Part shown: one piece after another, positions 7,907 to 16,049 of the stretch | How the letters are laid out: each line of letters starts with the position of its first letter | How positions within the stretch are numbered: the first letter of the stretch is position 1 | NCBI GenBank assembly: GCA_049970495.1 | Contig: JBMFMV010000029.1 | Location: 1 to 21,333 of the forward strand | Reading direction: 5' to 3' | Source: a bacterium | GTDB taxonomy: Bacteria; DUMJ01 | DNA: 21,333 nucleotides | The notes under the pieces: model-generated | The model's database searches: none | What the model saw: only the letters and a program-made list of their open reading frames with translations | Told to the model about the DNA's origin: nothing | Program-made: the position numbers and the translations under genes

Positions 7907-10083
7907 GGACAAGGGAAGAATTACAAAGAATATCAATGACTGTAGAAGAATATGAGTTGGCAAAATCTATATTAGGAAGAGAGCCTAACGACTTAGAACT
8001 TGGAATGATAGCAGTTATGTGGTCTGAACACTGTGGGTATAAGCATTCCAAAAAGACGTTAAAGATCTTTCCTACCACCGGACCGCACGTTCTACAAGGG
8101 CCAGGAGAAAATGCAGGAGTTATAAAATTAGATGAGGAATTAGCCCTGGCTATGAAGATGGAAAGCCACAATCATCCCTCAGCTATAGAACCTTATCAAG
8201 GGGCAGCTACAGGGGTGGGGGGAATAGTAAGAGATATTTTGGCCATGGGTGCTAGACCTATAGCACTTTTGGATTCTCTAAGATTTGGTTTATTGAATAA
8301 CTCTAGGACTAGATATCTTTTTGCAGGAGTAGTAAGTGGTATAGCAGGTTATGGGAATTGTATTGGAGTTCCAACTATTGGCGGAGAGTTAGCCTTCGAA
8401 AAACCATATACTGAAAATCCCTTAGTAAATGTAATGTGTATAGGACTATTAAAAGGTAAACCTAAGAGTGGTAGAGCAGTAGGCGCAGGAAATAGTCTTG
8501 TGTTAGTTGGAGCTTCTACAGGAAGAGACGGAATTCATGGAGCAACATTTGCTTCATTAGAGCTTACAAGTGATTCTATAGAGAGAAGACCTGCAGTTCA
8601 AGCAGGAGATCCATTTATGGAAAAACTTCTGATAGAAGCTGTATTAGAAGCCTTAGAAAAGAGCGATGCAATAATAGGGATTCAAGATATGGGAGCTGCA
8701 GGAATAACTAGCTCTTCTGCAGAGATGGCAGGTAGAGGAGGAGTAGGGGTAGAGATAGAGGTAACCAAAGTTCCCCAGAGAGAAAAGGGTATGACACCAG
8801 AAGAGATTATGCTCTCTGAATCTCAGGAAAGGATGCTCCTCTGTGTTGAGAAAGGGAGAGAGGATGAGATACGACCTATCTTTGAAAAATGGGGACTCAA
8901 CTTTGCCATAATAGGCAAGGTAATAGAAGAAAATGTGATAAGGATAAAGGAGAATGGAGTAGTTGTAGGAGAACTACCTATAGACCTACTTACAGAAAAA
9001 GTTCCTGCTTATGACCTAGTGACGAAGGAGCCTAAAAACCTAAAGGAGCTTCAAGTAATCAAGGAAATGCTTAAGATACAGAATTATGGAGAGGTAATCC
9101 TGAGATTATTAGGTTCGCCTAATTGTAGCGCAAGTAATTGGGTATATGAGCAGTATGATCATATGGTAGAGACCAATACTGTAAGCATTGGTACTGGAGC
9201 TTCCATTCTAAGAGTAAAAGGTAAACCGTATCTTCTAGGAGTTACTACCGATGGTGAAGGTAGATACTGTTATCTAGATCCTTATATAGGAGGTATGTTG
9301 GCAGTAGCTGAGTCTGCAAGAAATCTCATCTGTATAGGAGCAGAGCCGTTAGCTATAACAGATTGTCTCAACTTTGGTAATCCGGAAGACCCAGAAATAG
9401 CATGGTATTTTGTTGAGACTGTGAAAGGGATGAGTGATTGTGCTAAAAGATTAAACATACCTGTTATAAGTGGTAATGTAAGCTTTTATAATGAGTCTGA
9501 GGAATATACAGTATATCCGACCCCAGTGGTCGGTATGGTGGGAAAAATAGAAAGTGTAGAGAGTATATGTACCCCTGAATTTAAAGAAGAAGGGGATACA
9601 ATATATGTGCTTGGTAATCCTGGGAATCTTGGAGGCTCCCTCTTTATGGAAGAGGTTCTTGGAGAAGTAAGAGGAAAACCCTCATTTGATTTAGAATTGG
9701 AAGTCAAATTAGAAGATTTGTTACTTAAAGCGATAAAGGGTGGACTTATAAAAAGTGCACAAGATGTCTCTAGGGGAGGATTAGCTATAGCTCTAGCAGA
9801 GTGTAGTATATGGGGTAATCTTGGAGTAGATATAGACATGACTACAGAGAAATCGCCAGAAGAATTACTCTTTGGAGAAGCCCAGCCAGTAGTCATAATA
9901 ACGGTAGATCCGGATAGGGAAAAAAAGGTTGAGGATTTCTTTAAAGAGATACCTATAAAGAAGATAGGAAAGGTCACTGGAAATAACTTTGTTATAAAGA
10001 TAAACAATAACAAGATAGTAGACTTAGAAATTGAACCACTCAAAAGAGAGTGGAGAGATGGGATAGAAAGATGGATGAAATAA
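7903..10083 (+). CDS. purL: FGAM synthetase subunit PurL (small type)
   Basis: [68 protein letters not shown] overlap with purQ. Confidence 0.98.
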   Translation: MRTREELQRISMTVEEYELAKSILGREPNDLELGMIAVMWSEHCGYKHSKKTLKIFPTTGPHVLQGPGENAGVIKLDEELALAMKMESHNHPSAIEPYQGAATGVGGIVRDILAMGARPIALLDSLRFGLLNNSRTRYLFAGVVSGIAGYGNCIGVPTIGGELAFEKPYTENPLVNVMCIGLLKGKPKSGRAVGAGNSLVLVGASTGRDGIHGATFASLELTSDSIERRPAVQAGDPFMEKLLIEAVLEALEKSDAIIGIQDMGAAGITSSSAEMAGRGGVGVEIEVTKVPQREKGMTPEEIMLSESQERMLLCVEKGREDEIRPIFEKWGLNFAIIGKVIEENVIRIKENGVVVGELPIDLLTEKVPAYDLVTKEPKNLKELQVIKEMLKIQNYGEVILRLLGSPNCSASNWVYEQYDHMVETNTVSIGTGASILRVKGKPYLLGVTTDGEGRYCYLDPYIGGMLAVAESARNLICIGAEPLAITDCLNFGNPEDPEIAWYFVETVKGMSDCAKRLNIPVISGNVSFYNESEEYTVYPTPVVGMVGKIESVESICTPEFKEEGDTIYVLGNPGNLGGSLFMEEVLGEVRGKPSFDLELEVKLEDLLLKAIKGGLIKSAQDVSRGGLAIALAECSIWGNLGVDIDMTTEKSPEELLFGEAQPVVIITVDPDREKKVEDFFKEIPIKKIGKVTGNNFVIKINNNKIVDLEIEPLKREWRDGIERWMK

Positions 10084-11459
10084 AAGAATACTGTGGTGTT
10101 TTTGGTATCTATAGCCCAAACACAGATGTTGCCAGACTAACTTATTTTGGCCTTTTTGCCCTACAGCATAGGGGTCAAGAAAGTGCAGGTATAGCGGTAT
10201 CTGACAGAAAAGACATTGTGTGTTATAAAGAGATGGGGTTAGTAAGCCAGGTATTCAGTGAGAAGATACTAAACATTTTAAAAGGTGATATAGCCATTGG
10301 ACATGTAAGATACTCTACTACTGGCTCAAGTGTAGAAATAAATGCTCAACCAATACTAATCACAGGAGAATATCCATTAGCTGTAGCGCATAATGGCAAT
10401 TTAGTGAATGCTATAGATCTAAAGAAAGAGTTAGAAAAGGAAGGAGTTAGGGTCTATGGAACCTCAGATACAGAACTGATAGCTAGGAAGATTTCCCTCC
10501 ACTATAATGGAGACATAGTATCAACATTAATTAGCGTGCTTCCGTCATTTCAGGGAGCCTATACGTTAGTCCTTCTTACTAAAGATAAACTTATAGGGAT
10601 AAGAGATCCATATGGTATAAGACCACTTGTACTTGGAAAATTCAACGGAAGCTACGTGTTATCTTCAGAGTCCTGTGGATTAGATATAATAGGAGCAAAA
10701 CTTATTAGAGAGGTAAAACCTGGTGAAATAGTAGTGATAGATGAAAATGGGGTTGAAAGCATAAACTTTGCAGAATCTAAACCTCATCTGTGCATATTTG
10801 AACTAGTGTACTTTGCTCGTCCTGATAGTAAGTTTGGAACTAGACTAGTGCATGATATAAGGCAAGAGATGGGTAGAATACTAGCGCAAGAATCACCGGC
10901 AGATGCTGATTTGGTTATACCTGTTCCAGATTCAGGCATCCCAGCTGCTATAGGTTATTCCCAACAGTCTGGGATACCTTTTAGTGAAGGACTGATTAAA
11001 AATAGGTATGTAGGAAGAACATTTATCCAGCCAGATCAGAGATTAAGGGAACTAGGAGTTAAATTAAAGCTCAACCCTCTAAAAGAAGTTATAGAGGGTA
11101 AAAGGGTAGTACTGGTGGATGACTCTATAGTAAGAGGGACAACTTCTAGGCAGATAGTAAGTTTACTTAAGGAGGTTGGAGCAAGGGAAGTTCATATGAG
11201 AGTAAGCTCACCTCCTATCACTTATCCTTGTTTCTATGGAATAGATACTGCAGAGAGGGGACAACTGATAGCTGCTTATAAGAGTATAGAAGAGGTAGAA
11301 GAGTATATAGGGAGCGACACCCTTAAATACCTCAGTGTAGATGGACTTTTAAGAGCTTGTAAAGGCGGGTCTGACGGTTTCTGCACCGCTTGTTTCACTG
11401 GAAATTATTGTATTAAGATTCCAGAAGAAATAAAGATAACAAAAGGGATTTTGGAGTGA
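10071..11459 (+). CDS. purF: Amidophosphoribosyltransferase PurF (propeptide-bearing, Fe-S type)
   Basis: [12 protein letters not shown] (Ntn Cys after a short propeptide), LQHRGQESAG, GHVRYST, HNGN, VDDSIVRGTT PRPP loop. Cys residues HLCIFE, YPCFYG and FCTAC match the B. subtilis-type 4Fe-4S ligands. ATG 10071 preferred over GTG 10050. Confidence 0.97.
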   Translation: MDEIKEYCGVFGIYSPNTDVARLTYFGLFALQHRGQESAGIAVSDRKDIVCYKEMGLVSQVFSEKILNILKGDIAIGHVRYSTTGSSVEINAQPILITGEYPLAVAHNGNLVNAIDLKKELEKEGVRVYGTSDTELIARKISLHYNGDIVSTLISVLPSFQGAYTLVLLTKDKLIGIRDPYGIRPLVLGKFNGSYVLSSESCGLDIIGAKLIREVKPGEIVVIDENGVESINFAESKPHLCIFELVYFARPDSKFGTRLVHDIRQEMGRILAQESPADADLVIPVPDSGIPAAIGYSQQSGIPFSEGLIKNRYVGRTFIQPDQRLRELGVKLKLNPLKEVIEGKRVVLVDDSIVRGTTSRQIVSLLKEVGAREVHMRVSSPPITYPCFYGIDTAERGQLIAAYKSIEEVEEYIGSDTLKYLSVDGLLRACKGGSDGFCTACFTGNYCIKIPEEIKITKGILE

Positions 11460-11471
11460 AGGAGAGATAAA

Positions 11472-12734
11472 TTGAAAAGTAGAATTCTAAGAGATATAAA
11501 AGAACTAGAAAGTTTACTAAGAAAGAGGAAAGAAGCAACAGAGGTTAGTATTACTGTTAGAGAGATTATAGAGGATGTGAAAAAGAGAGGAGATAATGCC
11601 TTAATAGAATATGCCAATAGATTTGATAATGCGCATTTTTCTAAACCAGAAGACTTTAAGGTTTCAAGAAATGATATAGAAACTTCCTTAGAAGTAGTAG
11701 GTGAAAAGTTTATCTCTGCTGTAAATAGAGCCATAGAGAATATCAGAGAGTTTTACCTGAAGATGCCAAAGCTTCAGAATTGGTTTTACATTAAAGAAGG
11801 TAAGTTATCTGGACAAATGATTGTGCCTCTAGAAAGTGTAGGGATTTATGTACCTGGAGGCAAAGCTCCTTATCCTTCAACTGTATTAATGGCTGGTATT
11901 CCAGCACAAATCGCTGGTGTGGAAAGGATAGTGCTCACTACTCCTAAGCCTAAGCCAGAGGTGCTCGCAGTATGTAATCTATTGGAATTATATGAAGTAT
12001 ATAAGCTTGGTGGTGCTCATGCTATAGCAGGTTTAGCTTATGGGACAGAGTCTATTCCAAAGGTAGATAAGATTGTAGGACCAGGTAATAGATATGTGGT
12101 CTCAGCTAAAAAATATGTATTTGGAGATGTTGGTATAGAGATGATTCCAGGACCAAGTGAGATAGTAGTGTTAGCAGATGATACTGCTGAACCAGAGTTT
12201 GTGGCTATTGACCTTTTATCGCAGGCAGAGCACGATCCACTAGCTATGTCTATACTTATTACCGACTCTGAAAGGTTAGCTAATGAGGTAGAAAAGGTTC
12301 TAGATATAATGATAAAAGAGTTGTCCACTTATGAAGTGGCAAAGGATTCTTGGGAATCTTGGGGAGGAATATTTATAGTAGATTCTTTAGAAGAAGGAAC
12401 CGATATAATCAATCTTATAGCTCCAGAACACCTAGAACTACAGGTGGAGAATCCATGGGATTATCTAGAGAAGATTAAGAATGCAGGAACAATCTTTATC
12501 GGCCATAAAACTCCGGAAGCTATTGGAGATTATATATCAGGTTCAAGTCATATATTACCGACAGGGGGTTCTGCTAGATTCAGCTCAGGACTAAGTGTTT
12601 TAGATTTTATTAAAGTGATAAATATAACTCAGTATAATAAGATTACAGAGGATTTTGACTTAGCTAGTGTGATAGCTGATAGAGAAGGTTTTTCTGCCCA
12701 TAAAAAATCTTTAAAGATAAGGCAAGGTGAGTAA
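11472..12734 (+). CDS. hisD: Histidinol dehydrogenase
   Basis: TTG start after AAGGAG. YVPGG, PSTVLM, GPGN, GPSE, QAEHD, APEHLEL, GDY, HILPTGG and EGFSAH motifs intact. Confidence 0.93.
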   Translation: MKSRILRDIKELESLLRKRKEATEVSITVREIIEDVKKRGDNALIEYANRFDNAHFSKPEDFKVSRNDIETSLEVVGEKFISAVNRAIENIREFYLKMPKLQNWFYIKEGKLSGQMIVPLESVGIYVPGGKAPYPSTVLMAGIPAQIAGVERIVLTTPKPKPEVLAVCNLLELYEVYKLGGAHAIAGLAYGTESIPKVDKIVGPGNRYVVSAKKYVFGDVGIEMIPGPSEIVVLADDTAEPEFVAIDLLSQAEHDPLAMSILITDSERLANEVEKVLDIMIKELSTYEVAKDSWESWGGIFIVDSLEEGTDIINLIAPEHLELQVENPWDYLEKIKNAGTIFIGHKTPEAIGDYISGSSHILPTGGSARFSSGLSVLDFIKVINITQYNKITEDFDLASVIADREGFSAHKKSLKIRQGE

Positions 12735-12736
12735 AT

Positions 12737-13810
12737 ATATCTAGAATAAGGGTAGTAGTTGGCCTAAGTGGTGGAGTTGACTCTTCTGTTTCTGCCCTTT
12801 TACTAAAGAAGGCAGGTTATGAAGTTATAGGAGTAAGTATGAAGATATGGGATGGATCTGCCAGAGGACTAGGTAAAAGACATGGTTGTTATGGACCAGA
12901 AGAGCTTGAAGATATTCAAGATGCCAGAAGAGTGTGTGAAATCTTAGATATACCCTTTTTAGAGATAGATCTAGTAGAAGAATATAAAAGAATAGTACTC
13001 GAATACTTTAGAAACGAATATCTTAGAGGCAGAACTCCAAACCCATGTGTAAGATGTAATCAAATGGTGAAATTCAAAGCGCTATTAGAAAAGGTAGAGT
13101 CTATAGGGATAGATTTTGATTACTTCGCTACAGGGCACTATGCTAGAGTAGAGTATAACCAAGAGAGAGCTAGGTTTATCTTAAGAAAAGGGATAGATGA
13201 AAGAAGAGATCAATCATATTTTCTTTTCGGACTTACTCAGAGCCAGTTGAGTAAGATTCTATTTCCTTTAGGGAATTATAGAAAGGAACAGGTGAGAGAG
13301 ATTGCAAGAGAAGCTGGTTTGACTGTTCACGATAAAGAAGAAAGTCAAGACTTCTATGGTGGAGATTATAGAGAGCTCTTAAATGTTATACCATCTTCTG
13401 GTCCAATACTTGATAAATATGGAAGGATCTTAGGTACACATAAAGGTATATGGAATTATACTATTGGACAGAGAAAAGGACTGGGTATCCAGAGTAAAGA
13501 GCCTCTATATGTTATAGATATAGACCCGGATAGAAATGCCATTATAGTAGGAGAAGAAAAAGATCTTTATCGAGATGAATTCTTTGTTTCAGATACAAAT
13601 TGGATTGCTATAGAGAGACTAGAAAGTTCTATTGAGGCAAAGGTCAAAATAAGGTATAAGAGTAATGAAACAGATTGTACTATTATACCTGTAACTGAAG
13701 ATAGAGTCCTTGTTAGATTTAGAGAACCACAAAGAGCGGTAACTCCTGGTCAGGCTTCTGTATTTTATGAAGGGGATACAGTCATAGGGGGAGGAATAAT
13801 TGAAGACTAA
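12737..13810 (+). CDS. mnmA: tRNA 2-thiouridine(34) synthase MnmA; N-terminus extends upstream of the ORF-track ATG 12839, probable ATA start at 12737
   Basis: The in-frame upstream sequence encodes SRIRVVVGLSGGVDSSVSALLL (PP-loop). Also TPNPCVRCN, ATGHY, DQSYFL, YTIGQRKG, RAVTPGQ. An in-frame TGA at 12728 bounds the frame. Start position is uncertain. Confidence 0.92.
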   Translation: MSRIRVVVGLSGGVDSSVSALLLKKAGYEVIGVSMKIWDGSARGLGKRHGCYGPEELEDIQDARRVCEILDIPFLEIDLVEEYKRIVLEYFRNEYLRGRTPNPCVRCNQMVKFKALLEKVESIGIDFDYFATGHYARVEYNQERARFILRKGIDERRDQSYFLFGLTQSQLSKILFPLGNYRKEQVREIAREAGLTVHDKEESQDFYGGDYRELLNVIPSSGPILDKYGRILGTHKGIWNYTIGQRKGLGIQSKEPLYVIDIDPDRNAIIVGEEKDLYRDEFFVSDTNWIAIERLESSIEAKVKIRYKSNETDCTIIPVTEDRVLVRFREPQRAVTPGQASVFYEGDTVIGGGIIED

Positions 13811-14511
13811 GCTAAGATTCTTTTATCCTCCTTTTCATAAAATAAGTTTATAAGCTTAAGATTAATTTCCTCACTTCTCCTTATAGATGGATCAAATGGA
13901 TTAGGTCTTGGTTCTCCACATATATCGATACCAATTATATTAAAGGCTGATATATAAGAAAGAATCTCCAATAGATTATCTACGCTGAGACAACCTTGTT
14001 CCCAATTTGTCTCCAAGAAAGAATTGTTTATTATATCTTTATCCACACTTATGTATATCGGGCTTTCTACCTTTTTTAGAAAGGGTAACTGTTTTAGATT
14101 TTCACCGATTCTAATAATTCTATCAGAACCTTCTATAGTATCTGAGCCTATATAAAAGACATACCCAAGATACTTGAGATTAAGAGCATCTTTTAACCAA
14201 GAACCGCAGCTTATAAAGCCATCGAAAGTCTCTCTTATATCCAGATGATTATCTATAAGGAGTAAATTAAAATACTCATTTATCCTTCGAAGAAGAATGT
14301 ATGTTACATAATGGAAATCTCCGCTTCCTATAAAAGTTATAGATTTTCCATAATTTGGAATCTTATCTTCTAACTCGTATAATTTTTCCATAGAGCAAAG
14401 ATACCTTACCCCACTTATCCCTCTAAGGTCCACTTCCTTTCCAATAGACCTTAGGATTTTTTGATAAAAGTATATATCATCAAAATGAAGGATAAGTGGT
14501 CGAACATTCAT
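13807..14511 (-). CDS. Arginase/ureohydrolase-fold protein, short and divergent, function unknown
   Basis: GSGDFH, LIDNHLD (DxHxD), YISVDKD (SxDxD) and GIDICGE resemble the metal-binding motifs of the ureohydrolase superfamily. Confidence 0.75.
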   Translation of the reverse strand: MNVRPLILHFDDIYFYQKILRSIGKEVDLRGISGVRYLCSMEKLYELEDKIPNYGKSITFIGSGDFHYVTYILLRRINEYFNLLLIDNHLDIRETFDGFISCGSWLKDALNLKYLGYVFYIGSDTIEGSDRIIRIGENLKQLPFLKKVESPIYISVDKDIINNSFLETNWEQGCLSVDNLLEILSYISAFNIIGIDICGEPRPNPFDPSIRRSEEINLKLINLFYEKEDKRILA

Positions 14512-14562
14512 CTTATAGCCCTAACTTACCGAAAAACTAATCTATTGGTATGAGTATAGGAG

Positions 14563-14940
14563 CTAAGTCCTTACAGGATAACCCATACTAGTCATATAAG
14601 CCAGATTAGCCTGTCTAGTATCCATTCTTGAGTGCTGAACGACAATTCTAGTATCACTTTCTACTTTAATAGCAAAGGGGGCATTAGTCCTTAGTTCTAC
14701 TCCGAGAAGATCTTTAGCCTTGTCTAATCTTACATGCAAAGTCCTTTCTGCTGGTATTTCTATCTCGTTTGACTCTATTGGCTCTTGGTCTTCAAAATAA
14801 AAAGTAAATTTGACTTTTGCACTCTTTTTGTTCACATTTAAGATACAAGTAGACTCATGGCTTGGCAGTTCAGGGTCTCCATAAGGAGGAAGATACGCAT
14901 CTGGTATCAACCAAATGTACTCACCAATTTCTTGCTCCAT
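14563..14940 (-). CDS. Sensory rhodopsin transducer (ASRT) family protein
   Basis: WLIPDAYLP, SHESTCILN, FYFEDQEP, PAERTLHVRL, ESD..IVVQHSRMDTRQ match the ASRT family pattern. AGGAG SD upstream. Confidence 0.88.
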   Translation of the reverse strand: MEQEIGEYIWLIPDAYLPPYGDPELPSHESTCILNVNKKSAKVKFTFYFEDQEPIESNEIEIPAERTLHVRLDKAKDLLGVELRTNAPFAIKVESDTRIVVQHSRMDTRQANLAYMTSMGYPVRT

Positions 14941-14942
14941 AA

Positions 14943-15926
14943 TTACATCACTCCTAAACTTTTTAGTTTTTCATCTCTTTCTTTAAGCCACTCATCTATA
15001 AGCTTTATATCCTCCTCAGAAAGATTCCAGTCGCTAGCAGGGACAATTTCTTCTATCTGAGAAGGATGACGTATTCCAACAATTGCGCTAGTTATCTCGG
15101 GTCTTCTTAATACCCAAGCAATAGCAAGTTGAGCTGAGGTCCTTCCATACTTTTCTGCCAATCCCTTTATCTTTTCAATAAACTCAATATTTATACTGAG
15201 TTGTGGCTCTTTAAACATAGGATCGTTACGTCTATGGTCATCTGGAGGTAATTGTGCTACTGTCTCTGCATTATACTTACCTGTCAACAATCCCTTCTGC
15301 ATCGGACTATAGACAACAACCCCTATATTATTTTTCTTACAGTACGGTAAAATTTCTTTTTCTATGTCTCTTCTAAACATGCTATAAGGGGGTTGTAAAG
15401 ATGCTATAGGGTGTATCTTTGATATCCTTTCCATTTGACTGACGTTAAAATTAGATACACCTATATATCTAACCTTCCCTTCCTTTACTAGATCTGCCAT
15501 TGTAGCCCATGCCTCTTCTATATATTCTTCTGGATCAGGCCAGTGGATTTGATATAGATCAATGACATTAACTTGTAAACGTCTTAGACTGGCTTCTACT
15601 TCTTTTCTTATACTTTCCCTAGTCAGATTTCCATATATATTACCGTCTTCATCATATACCCTACCGCATTTAGTAGCAATAATAGGTTTTTGAGAAAGAC
15701 CCTTTATCGCCTTTCCTACGATCTCTTCTGAATGACCTAACCCATAAATAGCAGCGGTGTCAATCCAGTTTACTCCTAAATCTATAGCCCTCCAAATAGC
15801 TCTTATAGAGTCCTCATCATCTTGAGGTCCCCAGCTATATCTCCAGCCCCCGCCACCTAGTGCCCAAGTACCAAACCCTATAACTGAAAGTTCCAGGTCT
15901 GTCCATCCAAGCCTACGATATTGCAT
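14943..15926 (-). CDS. Aldo/keto reductase
   Basis: GFGTWALGG, WIDTAAIYG (Asp/Tyr), ATKCG (Lys), IDLYQIHWP (His), IGVSNF, YSPMQKGLLTGK. GGAGGTG SD. Confidence 0.96.
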   Translation of the reverse strand: MQYRRLGWTDLELSVIGFGTWALGGGGWRYSWGPQDDEDSIRAIWRAIDLGVNWIDTAAIYGLGHSEEIVGKAIKGLSQKPIIATKCGRVYDEDGNIYGNLTRESIRKEVEASLRRLQVNVIDLYQIHWPDPEEYIEEAWATMADLVKEGKVRYIGVSNFNVSQMERISKIHPIASLQPPYSMFRRDIEKEILPYCKKNNIGVVVYSPMQKGLLTGKYNAETVAQLPPDDHRRNDPMFKEPQLSINIEFIEKIKGLAEKYGRTSAQLAIAWVLRRPEITSAIVGIRHPSQIEEIVPASDWNLSEEDIKLIDEWLKERDEKLKSLGVM

Positions 15927-15964
15927 CTAGACACCTCCAAGTAAATCTTAAGTAACATAATAAA

Positions 15965-15975
15965 ATTATAGCACA
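15965..15975 (-). promoter_or_regulatory. Putative extended -10 promoter for the AKR-ASRT-(arginase-like) genes
   Basis: The minus strand reads TGTGC-TATAAT (TRTGnTATAAT), about 40 nt upstream of the AKR start. The -35 is poor. Confidence 0.55.
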
Positions 15976-15980
15976 GATAT

Positions 15981-16008
15981 TTGACATTTATAATAATCTC
16001 TTTATAAT
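15981..16008 (+). promoter_or_regulatory. Consensus sigma70/sigmaA promoter of the SDH-family protease gene
   Basis: TTGACA (15981-15986), 16-nt spacer, TATAAT (16003-16008), followed by GGAGGTGA SD at 16035-16042. Confidence 0.75.
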
Positions 16009-16049
16009 AAAAAATTAATAAAACAGAATCTTTTGGAGGTGAAAGATAT

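Noticed and set aside
9486..10043. 185-aa antisense ORF, and similar shadow ORFs at 634-861, 874-1149, 2520-2717, 3085-3333, 3961-4224, 5056-5499, 6686-6940, 7496-7681, 7887-8171, 11405-11734, 12038-12328, 14857-15060, 17630-18040
   Set aside because: They lie opposite well-conserved genes, mostly with the Ser/Ile/Phe/Pro-rich composition typical of reverse-frame shadows, and show no recognisable motifs.
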